Positions 11,517-21,832 of a stretch of 64,000 nt of DNA are shown one piece after another. The stretch's first letter is position 1. Each line of letters begins with the position of its first letter. Under the pieces are notes generated by a model. That model was given only the letters and a program-made list of their open reading frames with translations. It was not told where the DNA came from and ran no database searches. Position numbers and translations under genes: made by a program. The DNA comes from Rebecca billardiae RCC1528 (Eukaryota > Protista > Haptophyta), in the NCBI GenBank assembly GCA_965240325.2, contig OZ251224.1, forward strand, positions 3,596,001-3,660,000. Reading direction: 5' to 3'.

Positions 11517-12462
11517 CCGCCGCGCCGGCGGCCGGACCCGGAAAAGCTTGAGCGCTGTCGTCCTGTCATCGTAGCTTGCTGCTACTGCATATTATATAAA
11601 ATATTTTTGCTGCTGGGGGCAGCTGGCGCGCCGCATCGTCGGCATCGTAATATGAATCGAGACGACGACGCGATCAGAGTCAGCACTGAATATTTGTCAG
11701 CGCGTCTCGCGATGCGGTCGCACGCACCAGTTCCGGCGGCGCATATGATCGATGTGCTGATGATTTATTTGTCGCATCATAGCTATACTCTAGCCTAGCT
11801 ATATTTCAGATATCATCGGATTGAACTGACAAGCCGTAGCTAGTCACGCGCGGTCGTCGGCCGGTCGTAACGCCACTGAACGGTCCGGGGCCGACGACCG
11901 CAGTCTGGGCCATCACTTACTACGTCCAGGCTTCACCCTTGATCACTAGCTAGTACGGCTATAGCAGTGATCGGATTCAGATCCTGCGTGACAAGCCGAG
12001 AACTGATAGAATTCGGATGATGATAATCTCGTCATGATTTCAGACGACTCATGAAATATATATATGCATGTATAATAACAAATATTATTCATATCAGATA
12101 TCTGAAAACGATAAATTATAATAATGCATCAGCATGCAGTTCTGGCTCAGAGCCAGTGACTCAGAGCGGAGGCGGATGCACTGCAGTGACTACTGACAGT
12201 GTCAGTGACTGCTTCGTCTCGGTCACGGAGAGTCCCGGAGTCGGCTAGATCGAGCCGTCGCGGACGGCTCGGGACAGGCTATGAATATGATGAGGCAGTA
12301 GCTGCTGCTGTTCAGCACTGGTTACCTGGCAAGAGCTCCCGCCGCGCTCCTCCTTCGGAGCCGAAGGGCCACCGCCACACGGAGACTAGCTGCGCCCGAC
12401 AGGCAACACACGGCGAGGGCACAGTGGATGGACGCAGACCGAGGCTAAGCGCGGCTGCTAAG

Positions 12463-13254
12463 CTACTTGTAGAAGGAGAAGGGGTTCGCGTTCGCGCCAA
12501 ACACTCTCGCGCTCAGTGAGCTGCACAGCACGAGGACGAGCTCGGCCGACGTGGTCATCACGAGGCCCACGACGCGCATGCACCTGCTCGCCACCCTGAG
12601 GGGAAGGGTGACGCAGGAATGCGCCATGCCTGTGATCGTGGCGGCGAGCGCTCGGGGTGTTCGGAGCGCAGCGTCCAGCCGGCTGAGGGCGTCGTCCACA
12701 TGGATGTGCACCAGCCGCGCAAACAGCACGCCAATACGCCGCAGCTGTTGGCACGTGGCGTCCATCCAGCCCAGCTCGCACTGGATGGCCACGTCGCGCG
12801 TGGAGCGCTCAAAGGCGTCGAGCGAGCGCAGGTCGGCGAGGCTCAGGACAGGTGAGGTCGTGGGCGGATCCATGCCGTCCATGTACACGGCGGCGTCGAG
12901 CACGTCGGGTGCACGCCGCGCACCTGCGCCCGGGCTCAGAGCAAGCGGGCGCACAAGCAGCTTTTTCCCAGGCGACGCGACAGGATCCCCGGGGGCGCCT
13001 GAGAGTACGGCCAAAAGTGCATCCGAGGGTGGCCACATGGCCACGCCGTGCGTCTCGTCGATCTGAGGAAGGAGCACGCGCGTAGACGTGGGGTTCGTCT
13101 CGTCTAGCTCGAGCACGCGCGCGACGAAGCGGTCTGCCGGGCTCCCAGGGCTTGCTGTCGGCGCATGGTCGTCCGGGCGTGTCCCACGCGTCGTGGACGC
13201 GAGCGAGCGCGCCGAATGAGTCGTAGTCGGAGGTGTGCCCGGTCTTTTGCGCAT
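12463..13254 (-). CDS. hypothetical protein
   Basis: Protein-like composition (RVLELDETNPTSTRVLLPQID...); no recognisable motif. Confidence 0.4.
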   Translation of the reverse strand: MRKRPGTPPTTTHSARSLASTTRGTRPDDHAPTASPGSPADRFVARVLELDETNPTSTRVLLPQIDETHGVAMWPPSDALLAVLSGAPGDPVASPGKKLLVRPLALSPGAGARRAPDVLDAAVYMDGMDPPTTSPVLSLADLRSLDAFERSTRDVAIQCELGWMDATCQQLRRIGVLFARLVHIHVDDALSRLDAALRTPRALAATITGMAHSCVTLPLRVASRCMRVVGLVMTTSAELVLVLCSSLSARVFGANANPFSFYK

Positions 13255-13644
13255 GCTCCCCAGCGGCAGGGGCTCGCCATGGTTGGAGGTCCTCAGCGGG
13301 GAGAGGTGCATCTTGTGAGGCTGCCTAGGGGCCCCTTCTCGGCACGATGCCCGGGACTTCCGGTTGCGGCGCTTCAAGCTGCACAGTGCTGGTGCACCGT
13401 TCGCGAGAGACTCTGGTGAATCATTGAAACATCAATCACGAGCAGCCTCGTCATTCGTCGTCAGTGCTTACCCCCATATGCGCGGCGCTAATGACTGTGT
13501 CGTCCGAGACTGTCATTTCCGCCGATGTTTGAGCAGGCATAATACTCTTCGGCCACTGATTGATACGCCAATAATACCCGCTCAGGCCTCAGGCTGATAC
13601 GGGAATCATATCGTTTCTTGCATCTTCTTCATGCGATAACGACC

Positions 13645-16628
13645 GAGACCACTCCACCGAAATCGAGCCCGGCCAGGGCTTCGGCCGCCCACTGGAGGCC
13701 AGGGCTTAGCCCTGGCCGCGCCGAGCGCGGCCAGGGCTCCGCTCGCCAGCGCGAGATAGTATTGAGCTCATAGGCGATGCCGCCGCGCCGCGTGCGAGCC
13801 CTCCGTCTCGCGCTGGCTGCGGCCGCGAGCGCGTGCGGCGAGCCGTGGCGTGCGGTCGCGCACCGGCGCTGAGGTATGGTGTGCCCATCCGTGCCCTTGG
13901 CTCGTGCCCGCGCGCCCTGCTCCGCCGCTGCGGGGCGCGCGTGTGGTCGCGCCGCCTTGCTCGCTGGGCGCACCGAAAGCGCGAGCGCGCAACGAGTCAC
14001 CTGTGGCGTGTCGGACCCAGCGCGTGCGCGCCTGGCGTATGGTTTGTGTTTGGCATGGCCCTGGTCACGCGCGGCGCCGGCCGTGCCCAGCGTCTGACCG
14101 CGCGCAACGCGCGCAGTACTGGTGGTGCCGGCTAGGGTCGAGCTGACCCCTCGGGGCTCGGCGGCACCCAGCCACTGGTAGGCGGCCGCGATGGGTCGAC
14201 GCGTCGGATGGATGGTGGCTACACATCATGCTGGTCGCGCTCTGCCGCGTGCAGGGCGGTTGCACGGCGACAAGTGCCCCCGCGATCGTGCCGCGCTCGG
14301 GTACGAACCGGAGCAGTATGTTGCATGCGTGCCGCCCGCAGGTCGCGAGCTGGGGCGTGCTGGTCGGTGTGGCTGACGGGCGCGCTCGCGCGCGTGGCAT
14401 GTGCGAGCGCGCCGCCGCCCACGCGTGCCGCCCACGCCGCGCGGCGCGCGCCGCGCGCCGCGCGCCGCGCGGCCTACGTCGCCTCGGCGCTCGCGCGGCC
14501 GGCAGCTCCGGACGGCAGCGTGACTCGGGTCCGAGTGGCTGTCGTGTGCCAGCTGCAGAGCTGGTCCTTACTAGTACACGGAGTGGGCGGCGGGTGAAGT
14601 GGTTGTAGCCGCGGTCTTGCGTCTGTGGGCGTCCGCATGCCGCGTGTCTCTTCGTACCCTGATGTACGTCATTGCCCACGGATTCTGGGGTCATATGGGC
14701 ACAACGGGCTGACTGACGTCCGCTGCAACCCGTGGTGCAGGCTCGGCGTAGATGACTGTGAAGATGGCCGGTCACAAGACACACGAGCAGAAGGTATGCA
14801 CACGCACCGAGGTGATGCATCGCCCCTCTTACCTTTGTGGTGGAGACCCGGAGGCGTGCGGCTGCCTGCGCATGCGCCAGAGTCGAGATGCGTAGCTCGG
14901 ACGCTGCACGGGCTCGATGTGAGCGGCACTGCCTCTACTGTACTCGTGAGCGGCTGCAAGCGCACGCACGCCTCAAGAGCCGGATGCTCGCCGCGGCTGG
15001 TTTCGGCATGTAGCGCGGGCCAACGCTCTCAACGAAGTAGGATGGAGCCTAGAATAGCGTCAGTTGTGGCGTTGGCGCCTGCCACGGCCGCGGTGTCTGA
15101 TGAACGACTGTGGGAATGATTGTAAGTGCGTGACAAGCGCTTCACTGGAGTATGAGCTGACAGCAGCAGTTCCTGGCGAGGCTTCTATTGCACACAATCG
15201 TGCCGACCTTCACTGTCTGTGGCTCACAGCAACACTGGTCTAGTGGGTCCACGCGAGGGTGCACGCGTGGTGGGAGCAGGCTGCGCTGCTCATCATCCAC
15301 ACATCACAGCTGAACACGACGCTTAGCGCGCGGAGCTGCTCGGCAGCTACCAAGTACGGGACGCTAGCCAGTGACAAGGCTGAGCCACGGCTACAGTATG
15401 CGCGTGCTGATGGCTATGATCGGCTCGGTACCCGGTGATGAAGTTCGCCAACTCCCGCCCTTCTACGGTGGCCGGCCTGAGCACAACACTGATGGTACAC
15501 CACGATGCAGCGCAGTTACAGTTGTCAGCTGAACACTTTCCGAATACCCAGTCAAGGAGCATGCAGATGGTGCTGAACTGCTGTGTATCGTCCATCTCAT
15601 CATGCGCTCACGGCTTGATACCAAGACAGTGGCAGTGGCCACGACCTACTACGCAGCTAGCTGTTTCCGTATGCCAAGAGGATGGACGACTACTGCAGCT
15701 TGTTTGCCAGCCTTGAGCAGCTGGCACACGACAGCCACTCGGACCCGAGTCACGCTGCCGTCCGGAGCTGCCGGCCGCGCGAGCGCCGAGGCGACGTAGG
15801 CCGCGCGGCGCGCGGCGCGCGGCGCGCGCCGCGCGGCGTGGGCGGCACGCGTGGGCGGCGGCGCGCTCGCACATGCCACGCGCGCGAGCGCGCCCGTCAG
15901 CCACACCGACCAGCACGCCCCAGCTCGCGACCTGCGGGCGGCACGCATGCAACATACTGCTCCGGTTCGTACCCGAGCGCGGCACGATCGCGGGGGCACT
16001 TGTCGCCGTGCAACCGCCCTGCACGCGGCAGAGCGCGACCAGCATGATGTGTAGCCACCATCCATCCGACGCGTCGACCCATCGCGGCCGCCTACCAGTG
16101 GCTGGGTGCCGCCGAGCCCCGAGGGGTCAGCTCGACCCTAGCCGGCACCACCAGTACTGCGCGCGTTGCGCGCGGTCAGACGCTGGGCACGGCCGGCGCC
16201 GCGCGTGACCAGGGCCATGCCAAACACAAACCATACGCCAGGCGCGCACGCGCTGGGTCCGACACGCCACAGGTGACTCGTTGCGCGCTCGCGCTTTCGG
16301 TGCGCCCAGCGAGCAAGGCGGCGCGACCACACGCGCGCCCCGCAGCGGCGGAGCAGGGCGCGCGGGCACGAGCCAAGGGCACGGATGGGCACACCATACC
16401 TCAGCGCCGGTGCGCGACCGCACGCCACGGCTCGCCGCACGCGCTCGCGGCCGCAGCCAGCGCGAGACGGAGGGCTCGCACGCGGCGCGGCGGCATCGCC
16501 TATGAGCTCAATACTATCTCGCGCTGGCGAGCGGAGCCCTGGCCGCGCTCGGCGCGGCCAGGGCTAAGCCCTGGCCTCCAGTGGGCGGCCGAAGCCCTGG
16601 CCGGGCTCGATTTCGGTGGAGTGGTCTC
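13645..16628. mobile_element. non-autonomous foldback DNA transposon A with 912-bp TIRs (13645-14556 / 15717-16628) and a 5-bp TSD CGACC
   Basis: Arms are reverse complements (mirrored identical ORF translations in the track). Termini GAGACCAC...GTGGTCTC. CGACC at 13640-13644 and 16629-16633. Confidence 0.92.
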
Positions 16629-16967
16629 CGACCGCGGGCTCCGGATCGCGAGCGGGTTACCCGTGCGGGTGGGCAGCGGCCCAGCCAGCCAGTCACATCA
16701 GTCGGTGATTGTGAGCCCTGCGCGCTCGGCAGATCAGGCACCCAGTGATCTAAGACTACAGTATGGACAGCGGTCAGCAGACATCATTCGGAGATTGACT
16801 AAGGACGACGTCTGACTCTGAGACTGAGTCCGTGCGGCGAGCTACGCCGTGCGGAATCTTACTGACTCTCCCGTGAGGCTGAGCCTCGCGACTCAATAAG
16901 GCGCGAGCCCGCGGTCAGTGCCTCCGGCCGCTGCCGATATTGATTATTGGTGCCGAGCGCGGCGCCC

Positions 16968-18092
16968 TCAGTCCACGCCGCCTACGTCGGCAAGGAGCTG
17001 CTCCGTGGTCGTCGAGTCCGCGGCGGCGCTGCGGTACGGCATCACCACGGCCCACGGCGACAGCCCAGCGAGCATCCTCCAGCTGCCCGCCACGCCGGGC
17101 GCTGCTGCAGCCTCGGCCTGCGGTGTGCCCGCGCGCGCGCTCAGCGCCGCCCCGGACTCGCGCACGCCGGGGGGATTTTGTGCGTGGGTGGGGCCGGCGG
17201 AACTCGGGGCCGGCAGCTCCGCCGACCTCCGCGCCGCGCGCTCCCGCTGCACGGCAAGCCGCGCCTTGCACACGGCCGCCACCTTCTCCGCGCGCGCCGC
17301 GCGGCCGCGCAGCGCGCCGACTGACCAGTCCAACTCGACGGCGCGCCGCTCGACCAGGTTGAGCTCGGCGCGCATCGTGCGGCGGCAGACGGTGGTCTCG
17401 TGCTCCGCCTTGCGCGCGCGCTCGAAGAGCCGCGCGCACAGCTCCTCCGCGCGGTCCGCGTGCTCGCGCGCCTCGAGCACCGCCTCCTCCTCCAGCAGCG
17501 CGCGCCTGTTCACCCGGTCGAGGTGAGCGTTGGGGGACAAGGCGTCCTCGAGCCCGCCGCGGCTGCGGCCGGGGGTGCCGTCGTGCTCGGGGTCGGAGCC
17601 CTCGCTGGTCGAGCCCGTCGTGCTCTCGGAGCCGTGCGCGTGCGCCATCGCGTCGGCCGCGCGCGTCTCCGCGCGCATGGCGCGCTCGAGCGCCGCCTGC
17701 AGCTCGAAGCTGAGCTCGTCGACGCGCGCGCGCGCGCACTCGCGCGCATCGTCTGCGGAGGCAACGCGCTGGCGGAGGTCATCGGCCTCCTTGCGCATGA
17801 GCTCGAGCTTGGTGTCGCTCTCGCGCAGCGCCTCCCGGAGCCAGCGTAGCTCGGCCGCCAGCCGGATGTTGGCTGGGCTCACAGGCACGTACGCGGTGCG
17901 CGCCTCAGCCCGATCGTCGTCGTCCAGCGGCGTGAACGGTTCATACTCGCTGGGCATGGGCGACGACGGCGGGTCTTCGCGCTCAATGTCAATGTTGTTC
18001 GCTTCGGAGGACTCGGGCGAGGTGGGCGCCGTCTTGGGCGACGCCCAGCCGCTCGATGGCCGCGGGCTGTCGCGGTTGCGGCCTGTTGCCAT
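16968..18092 (-). CDS. coiled-coil hypothetical protein
   Basis: 374-aa ATG-initiated ORF with E/R/A/L-rich heptad segments. Confidence 0.65.
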   Translation of the reverse strand: MATGRNRDSPRPSSGWASPKTAPTSPESSEANNIDIEREDPPSSPMPSEYEPFTPLDDDDRAEARTAYVPVSPANIRLAAELRWLREALRESDTKLELMRKEADDLRQRVASADDARECARARVDELSFELQAALERAMRAETRAADAMAHAHGSESTTGSTSEGSDPEHDGTPGRSRGGLEDALSPNAHLDRVNRRALLEEEAVLEAREHADRAEELCARLFERARKAEHETTVCRRTMRAELNLVERRAVELDWSVGALRGRAARAEKVAAVCKARLAVQRERAARRSAELPAPSSAGPTHAQNPPGVRESGAALSARAGTPQAEAAAAPGVAGSWRMLAGLSPWAVVMPYRSAAADSTTTEQLLADVGGVD

Positions 18093-18219
18093 CTCACGTC
18101 CGCACGTCTTCCGCCCGCCGAGGTTGCGCTCTCCGAGGCGAGCGTTTCCTCTGCATCTCAGTTGGCCAGTCGCCCCGTACGAAACGAAACCGCTGCTGTG
18201 CTCGGGAGGGCGCCGGACT

Positions 18220-18327
18220 CATTCTATGATTTAACGACACAGGTAGGACGGCGCAGGTCTCCTGATTCGTCGTCGGCAGTGCCCGATCGTCGACACGAAG
18301 TCGGCGCTGGTGGCAGAGCATAGCCTG
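18220..18327. repeat. dispersed MITE-like repeat, copy 2
   Basis: Aligns to 11342-11516. Confidence 0.75.
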
Positions 18328-18856
18328 AACCGCGATCGAATGGCTTGAGCGCGGCCTTGAGCTGCTGGAGCGCGATCCACCTGCGCTGCGCGGCTCGCAT
18401 GGACCTGCTGTGCCCCGAGCGAGGGCGAGGGTGCAGGTCCGGATGTCAGACGGCCGTCTCAGCCGCTGGGCCCTGGCGGGTGATCCGGCGGTGATGTAGT
18501 CGTCCCCGTGTGCCCTGCGCGGCCGCGTGCGCGCTTGCCGCTCTGCTCAGCTGGCTTGCTGGCGGCGGCTGGCGCTGCTGCGGCGTGCAGGGTACGCTTT
18601 GCCCCCGACTGCTGCGCATCCTCGTCGTCCGAGTCGTCGTCCATGGACGAGTCTCGGTCCGCGTGGGGGACAGCAGCTGGAGCAGGCGCAGGTGCTGCGG
18701 GCAGAGAGGCCGCCAGCCGCACCGCGTGTCACAGTATTGTACATACATGTGGCCGCCCGCTAATACTGCTAGGTTGACACGCTTCCTGCATTTCGAGATG
18801 ACGGCAAAACGTCTGATACTGCGCTAGCCGCCAGCGGCGCACGGCGCGACTACGCG

Positions 18857-20734
18857 TCATGGCACCCACAGCCGCAGCTTCCCGTCGAAGCCCCACGTGG
18901 CGATCACGTTGCGGTGCGGGTGGTGCGCGACGCCGATCAGCTCCTTGTCGCCCGCCTTGAGCGAGTGCTCGGCGCGCCCGCTCGCCACGCTGACCGCGTG
19001 CAGCTTGGCATCCTCGCCGGCGCAGTAGAGCCACTCGCCGCGCGGCGAGACGGTGCAGTGCACAAAGTCGACGCTCGCCTTCGACTCGAACGTGCGCACC
19101 AGCTCGCCGCCGAACGTCATCAGGTGCACGTTCTCCGCCTTGGTGCAGACGAGCAGCTGCTCCGGGTTGGTCGGCCAGAGCGCGATCGTGCTGATCGCTG
19201 CGTCGTGCGTCTGCGTGGCCTGCGGCGGCTTGAAGGAGCGGGTGCACTCGGCGGTCTTCGCGTCCCACACGCGCACGCTCCCGTCGCTCGACGCGCTCGC
19301 GAGCCGGCCGCCGTCCGCGGAGAAGAGCACGTCGTTCACGTAGGAGCTGTGGCCGCGGCACTCACGTAGCTGCTTGCCCGAGCGCATGCCGTGCAGCCGG
19401 ACCAGCGAGTCGAACGAGCCGGAGAGGAGCTGCGCACCGTCGCGCGAGAGGGCGACGCAGGTGATGCCCTGCTCGTGCGCCTTGGGGAAGCGCCGCAGGC
19501 ATTGGCCCGTGCTCACGCGCCACACTTTGATCGTGCCCGCCTGAGGGCCAGGCCGAGCGCGCGCGGCGCGCGCGCGCACGCGGTGCGGCCAGGCGCGGCG
19601 GCGCGCGCAGGTCGCGCCGGTCAGTCAGCAGCACGGCGCGGGGCAACTGGCGCGCGCAGGGCAACGCTGCCCTCCCGGCGGCACCGGCACCTCGCGCCGC
19701 GCGCCCGCGTGTCAGAAATCTACTACTGGCGTGCTCGCATCAGCACGGCGCTTGGGCCGCTCCGATGTCCCTATCTATTGCGCTGGAATCCTCACCCACG
19801 CCCACGGCGGCGCGGCGCGCGCCGGTGGCCGCCAGGCAGGGCGGGCAAGTGCATGCGCGCGATGCGCGCGCGCGCGCACCTGGCAGCCGGTCACGAGCAG
19901 CTCGCCGTCGCGCGAGAAGCCCAGCGCGAGCACCGCGTCGTCGTGCATCATCAGGTTGTCGTCCGCCTGGTAGGCCAGCGCCTTGCTCAGCTTGCCGCTG
20001 TCCGCGTCCCGCACCTCCACAAACCCGTCGACAGAGCCCGTCACGAGGTAGAGGCCGTCCGGGGAGAAGGCGGCGGCCTCGGGGTGCGACTTCTTGCCGA
20101 AGCCCACCTCGCGCAGCATCCGCGTCGGCGGCGCCTCCTCCTCGCGCACCCGCCTCGGCGGCGCGTCGGACAGCAGGTCGTGCGCGCCGCCCGCTCCGAG
20201 CGACCCCATGAAGCGCTGCCACTTGAGCGCTTGCCCGACGAGCGCGACGAGCCTTGACGGCGGCGGCTCGCAGACGCTCGCGCAGATCTGCTGCGCGAGC
20301 GCGGCGCGGCGGCCCTCGCGGGACGTGCCCTCCGGGTACGCCTCGCGCGCGTCGTAGTACGGCGCGCTCGCGAGCCGCTCGAGCCGCGCAAAGCGCTCGG
20401 CGCGCTGCGCTTGCATCCATGTCATCGGCTCGGCGGTGCGCAGGATCTGGCGCGCGGCGTCGGTCTCGCGCATCTCGACCAGCTCGAGCACGAGCTGCTC
20501 GTACAGGTCGGCGAGCAGCGCGCGCGACAGGGTCAGCGTCGAGATGATCTGCATCACGGCATCCCATCGGCCGGCCTCGATGTCGCGCGCGAGCGTGTCC
20601 GCCGAGTCGACCGCGTTGAGCGAGACCTGCGACTCCTCTTGCAGGGCGTCGAAGGTCGCGTGCAGGCCGTTCTCGCGGCAGAACTGCAGGATCACGCGGA
20701 TCAGGTCCTCGCCCTGGACGTCGACCTCGTCCAT
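18857..20734 (-). CDS. SMU1: WD40 spliceosomal factor SMU1; exons 20734-19880 and 19540-18857
   Basis: LisH/CTLH N-terminus DLIRVILQFCRENGL..LQEESQVSLN; PPSRLVALVGQALKWQ; FGKKSHPE; HHPHRNVIAT. An intron at 19541-19879 joins TGCQ to AGTIKVW. Confidence 0.95.
19707..19801 (-). ncRNA. intronic box C/D snoRNA, snR64/SNORD74-like guide for LSU rRNA 2'-O-methylation
   Basis: Minus strand: terminal stem GCGUG/CACGC, box C GUGAGGA, guide UAGAUAGGGACA then U and D' CGGA, C'-like CUGAUGC, box D CUGA. The guide is complementary to the conserved LSU rRNA sequence UGUCCCUAUCUA. Confidence 0.85.
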
Positions 20735-20924
20735 CCTGGCCTGGCTTGTGCAGGGTCACGTCGTCACACGGGAGCCATCGTCCGGGTTGCGGCCGCCAGG
20801 CCGCAAAGTCGGCGAAGTCGGGCAAGTCGCGAGAGCGCTGCACCCGGCCGCCAGCGTCGTTCGGGCTGGCGCGCTCTTTCGCCGACGACGGCCGACGGCA
20901 CGCGCAAGCGCGAACCCAGGCAAA

Positions 20925-21401
20925 ATGTTCGACGACATGTACTCGCCAATGGAGATGCTTGAGGCGGCGTACAACTTCTTCGCGGCGCGGCCGATGCTGC
21001 TTGGCGTGTTCGTGCTGTGGGTGTTCAAGTTCTACCAGTCGTCCCGCCCGTTCCCGGAAGCGGGCGGCCGCGTGGAGGCTGTGCACACCACGGAGGAGTG
21101 GGAGGCCGCGAAGAAGCGAGGCCGGCCGATGATCGTCGACTTCTTCGCCACGTGGTGCGGCCCGTGCCGAACGGCAGCGCCCCAGTTCGGCGAGCTGAGC
21201 AACGTCTTCCCAGACGTCCTCTTTGTGAAGGTGGACGTGGACCAGCTGCGCGCGGCCGCACAAGAATGCCAGGTGAGCGCCATGCCCACGTTCATTGCCT
21301 TCGACGCGAGCGGTAAGGTCGTGGAGACCGTTCGCGGCTTCAATCTTCGGGAGATTGAGCGCGTGCTCACTGCGCTCTCCCCGGATAAGAAGGAGGACTG
21401 A
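20925..21401 (+). CDS. thioredoxin with an N-terminal membrane anchor
   Basis: VDFFATWCGPC, FVKVDVD and AMPTF; hydrophobic MLLGVFVLWVF segment. Confidence 0.92.
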   Translation: MFDDMYSPMEMLEAAYNFFAARPMLLGVFVLWVFKFYQSSRPFPEAGGRVEAVHTTEEWEAAKKRGRPMIVDFFATWCGPCRTAAPQFGELSNVFPDVLFVKVDVDQLRAAAQECQVSAMPTFIAFDASGKVVETVRGFNLREIERVLTALSPDKKED

Positions 21402-21832
21402 GGCCGCTGGGCGCTCCGCGCTGCCGCACGCCCGCGGCAGTGTCGGGCGGGACGGCCTGCGCCGAGCGGCCAGCGGGCCGGCAGCGTCGCCGAGGGAGTA
21501 CTGGAGCACGCATGCTATCAGCTCGCAGCAGACGTGTGTCCTAGCAGTCTGGTGCTGCGAACTCGGGCGGTCTAAATAGTAGTAGCGTGAGTCACGTGAT
21601 CCGACTCACTGGCGACCGCTGCGCTGCGCGACGGCATCGCCTTCCAAATCTCCTCAAGCGCAGCTCTACTGCAGCTTGAACGACCAAGGGGGTGGTCGAA
21701 CCAAGGGGCTTACAAAATACATTTTGTAAGCCCCTTGGTCGAACGACGACGGTTGCACTCCTTTCCGCGCGGTTCCAAAAAAAGCCGCATGCGGAATGAC
21801 CGAATGAGGCGACCAACGGCCGAGGTTCCACG

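Noticed and set aside
13645-16628. Large inverted repeats as assembly fold-back artefacts
   Set aside because: Both inverted-repeat elements have unique spacers, defined termini and exact 5-bp TSDs; element B's arms also differ at several positions
13629-16815. Many duplicated ORFs inside the inverted arms (also 41148-42274)
   Set aside because: Mirror translations of GC-rich TIR sequence with no protein motifs
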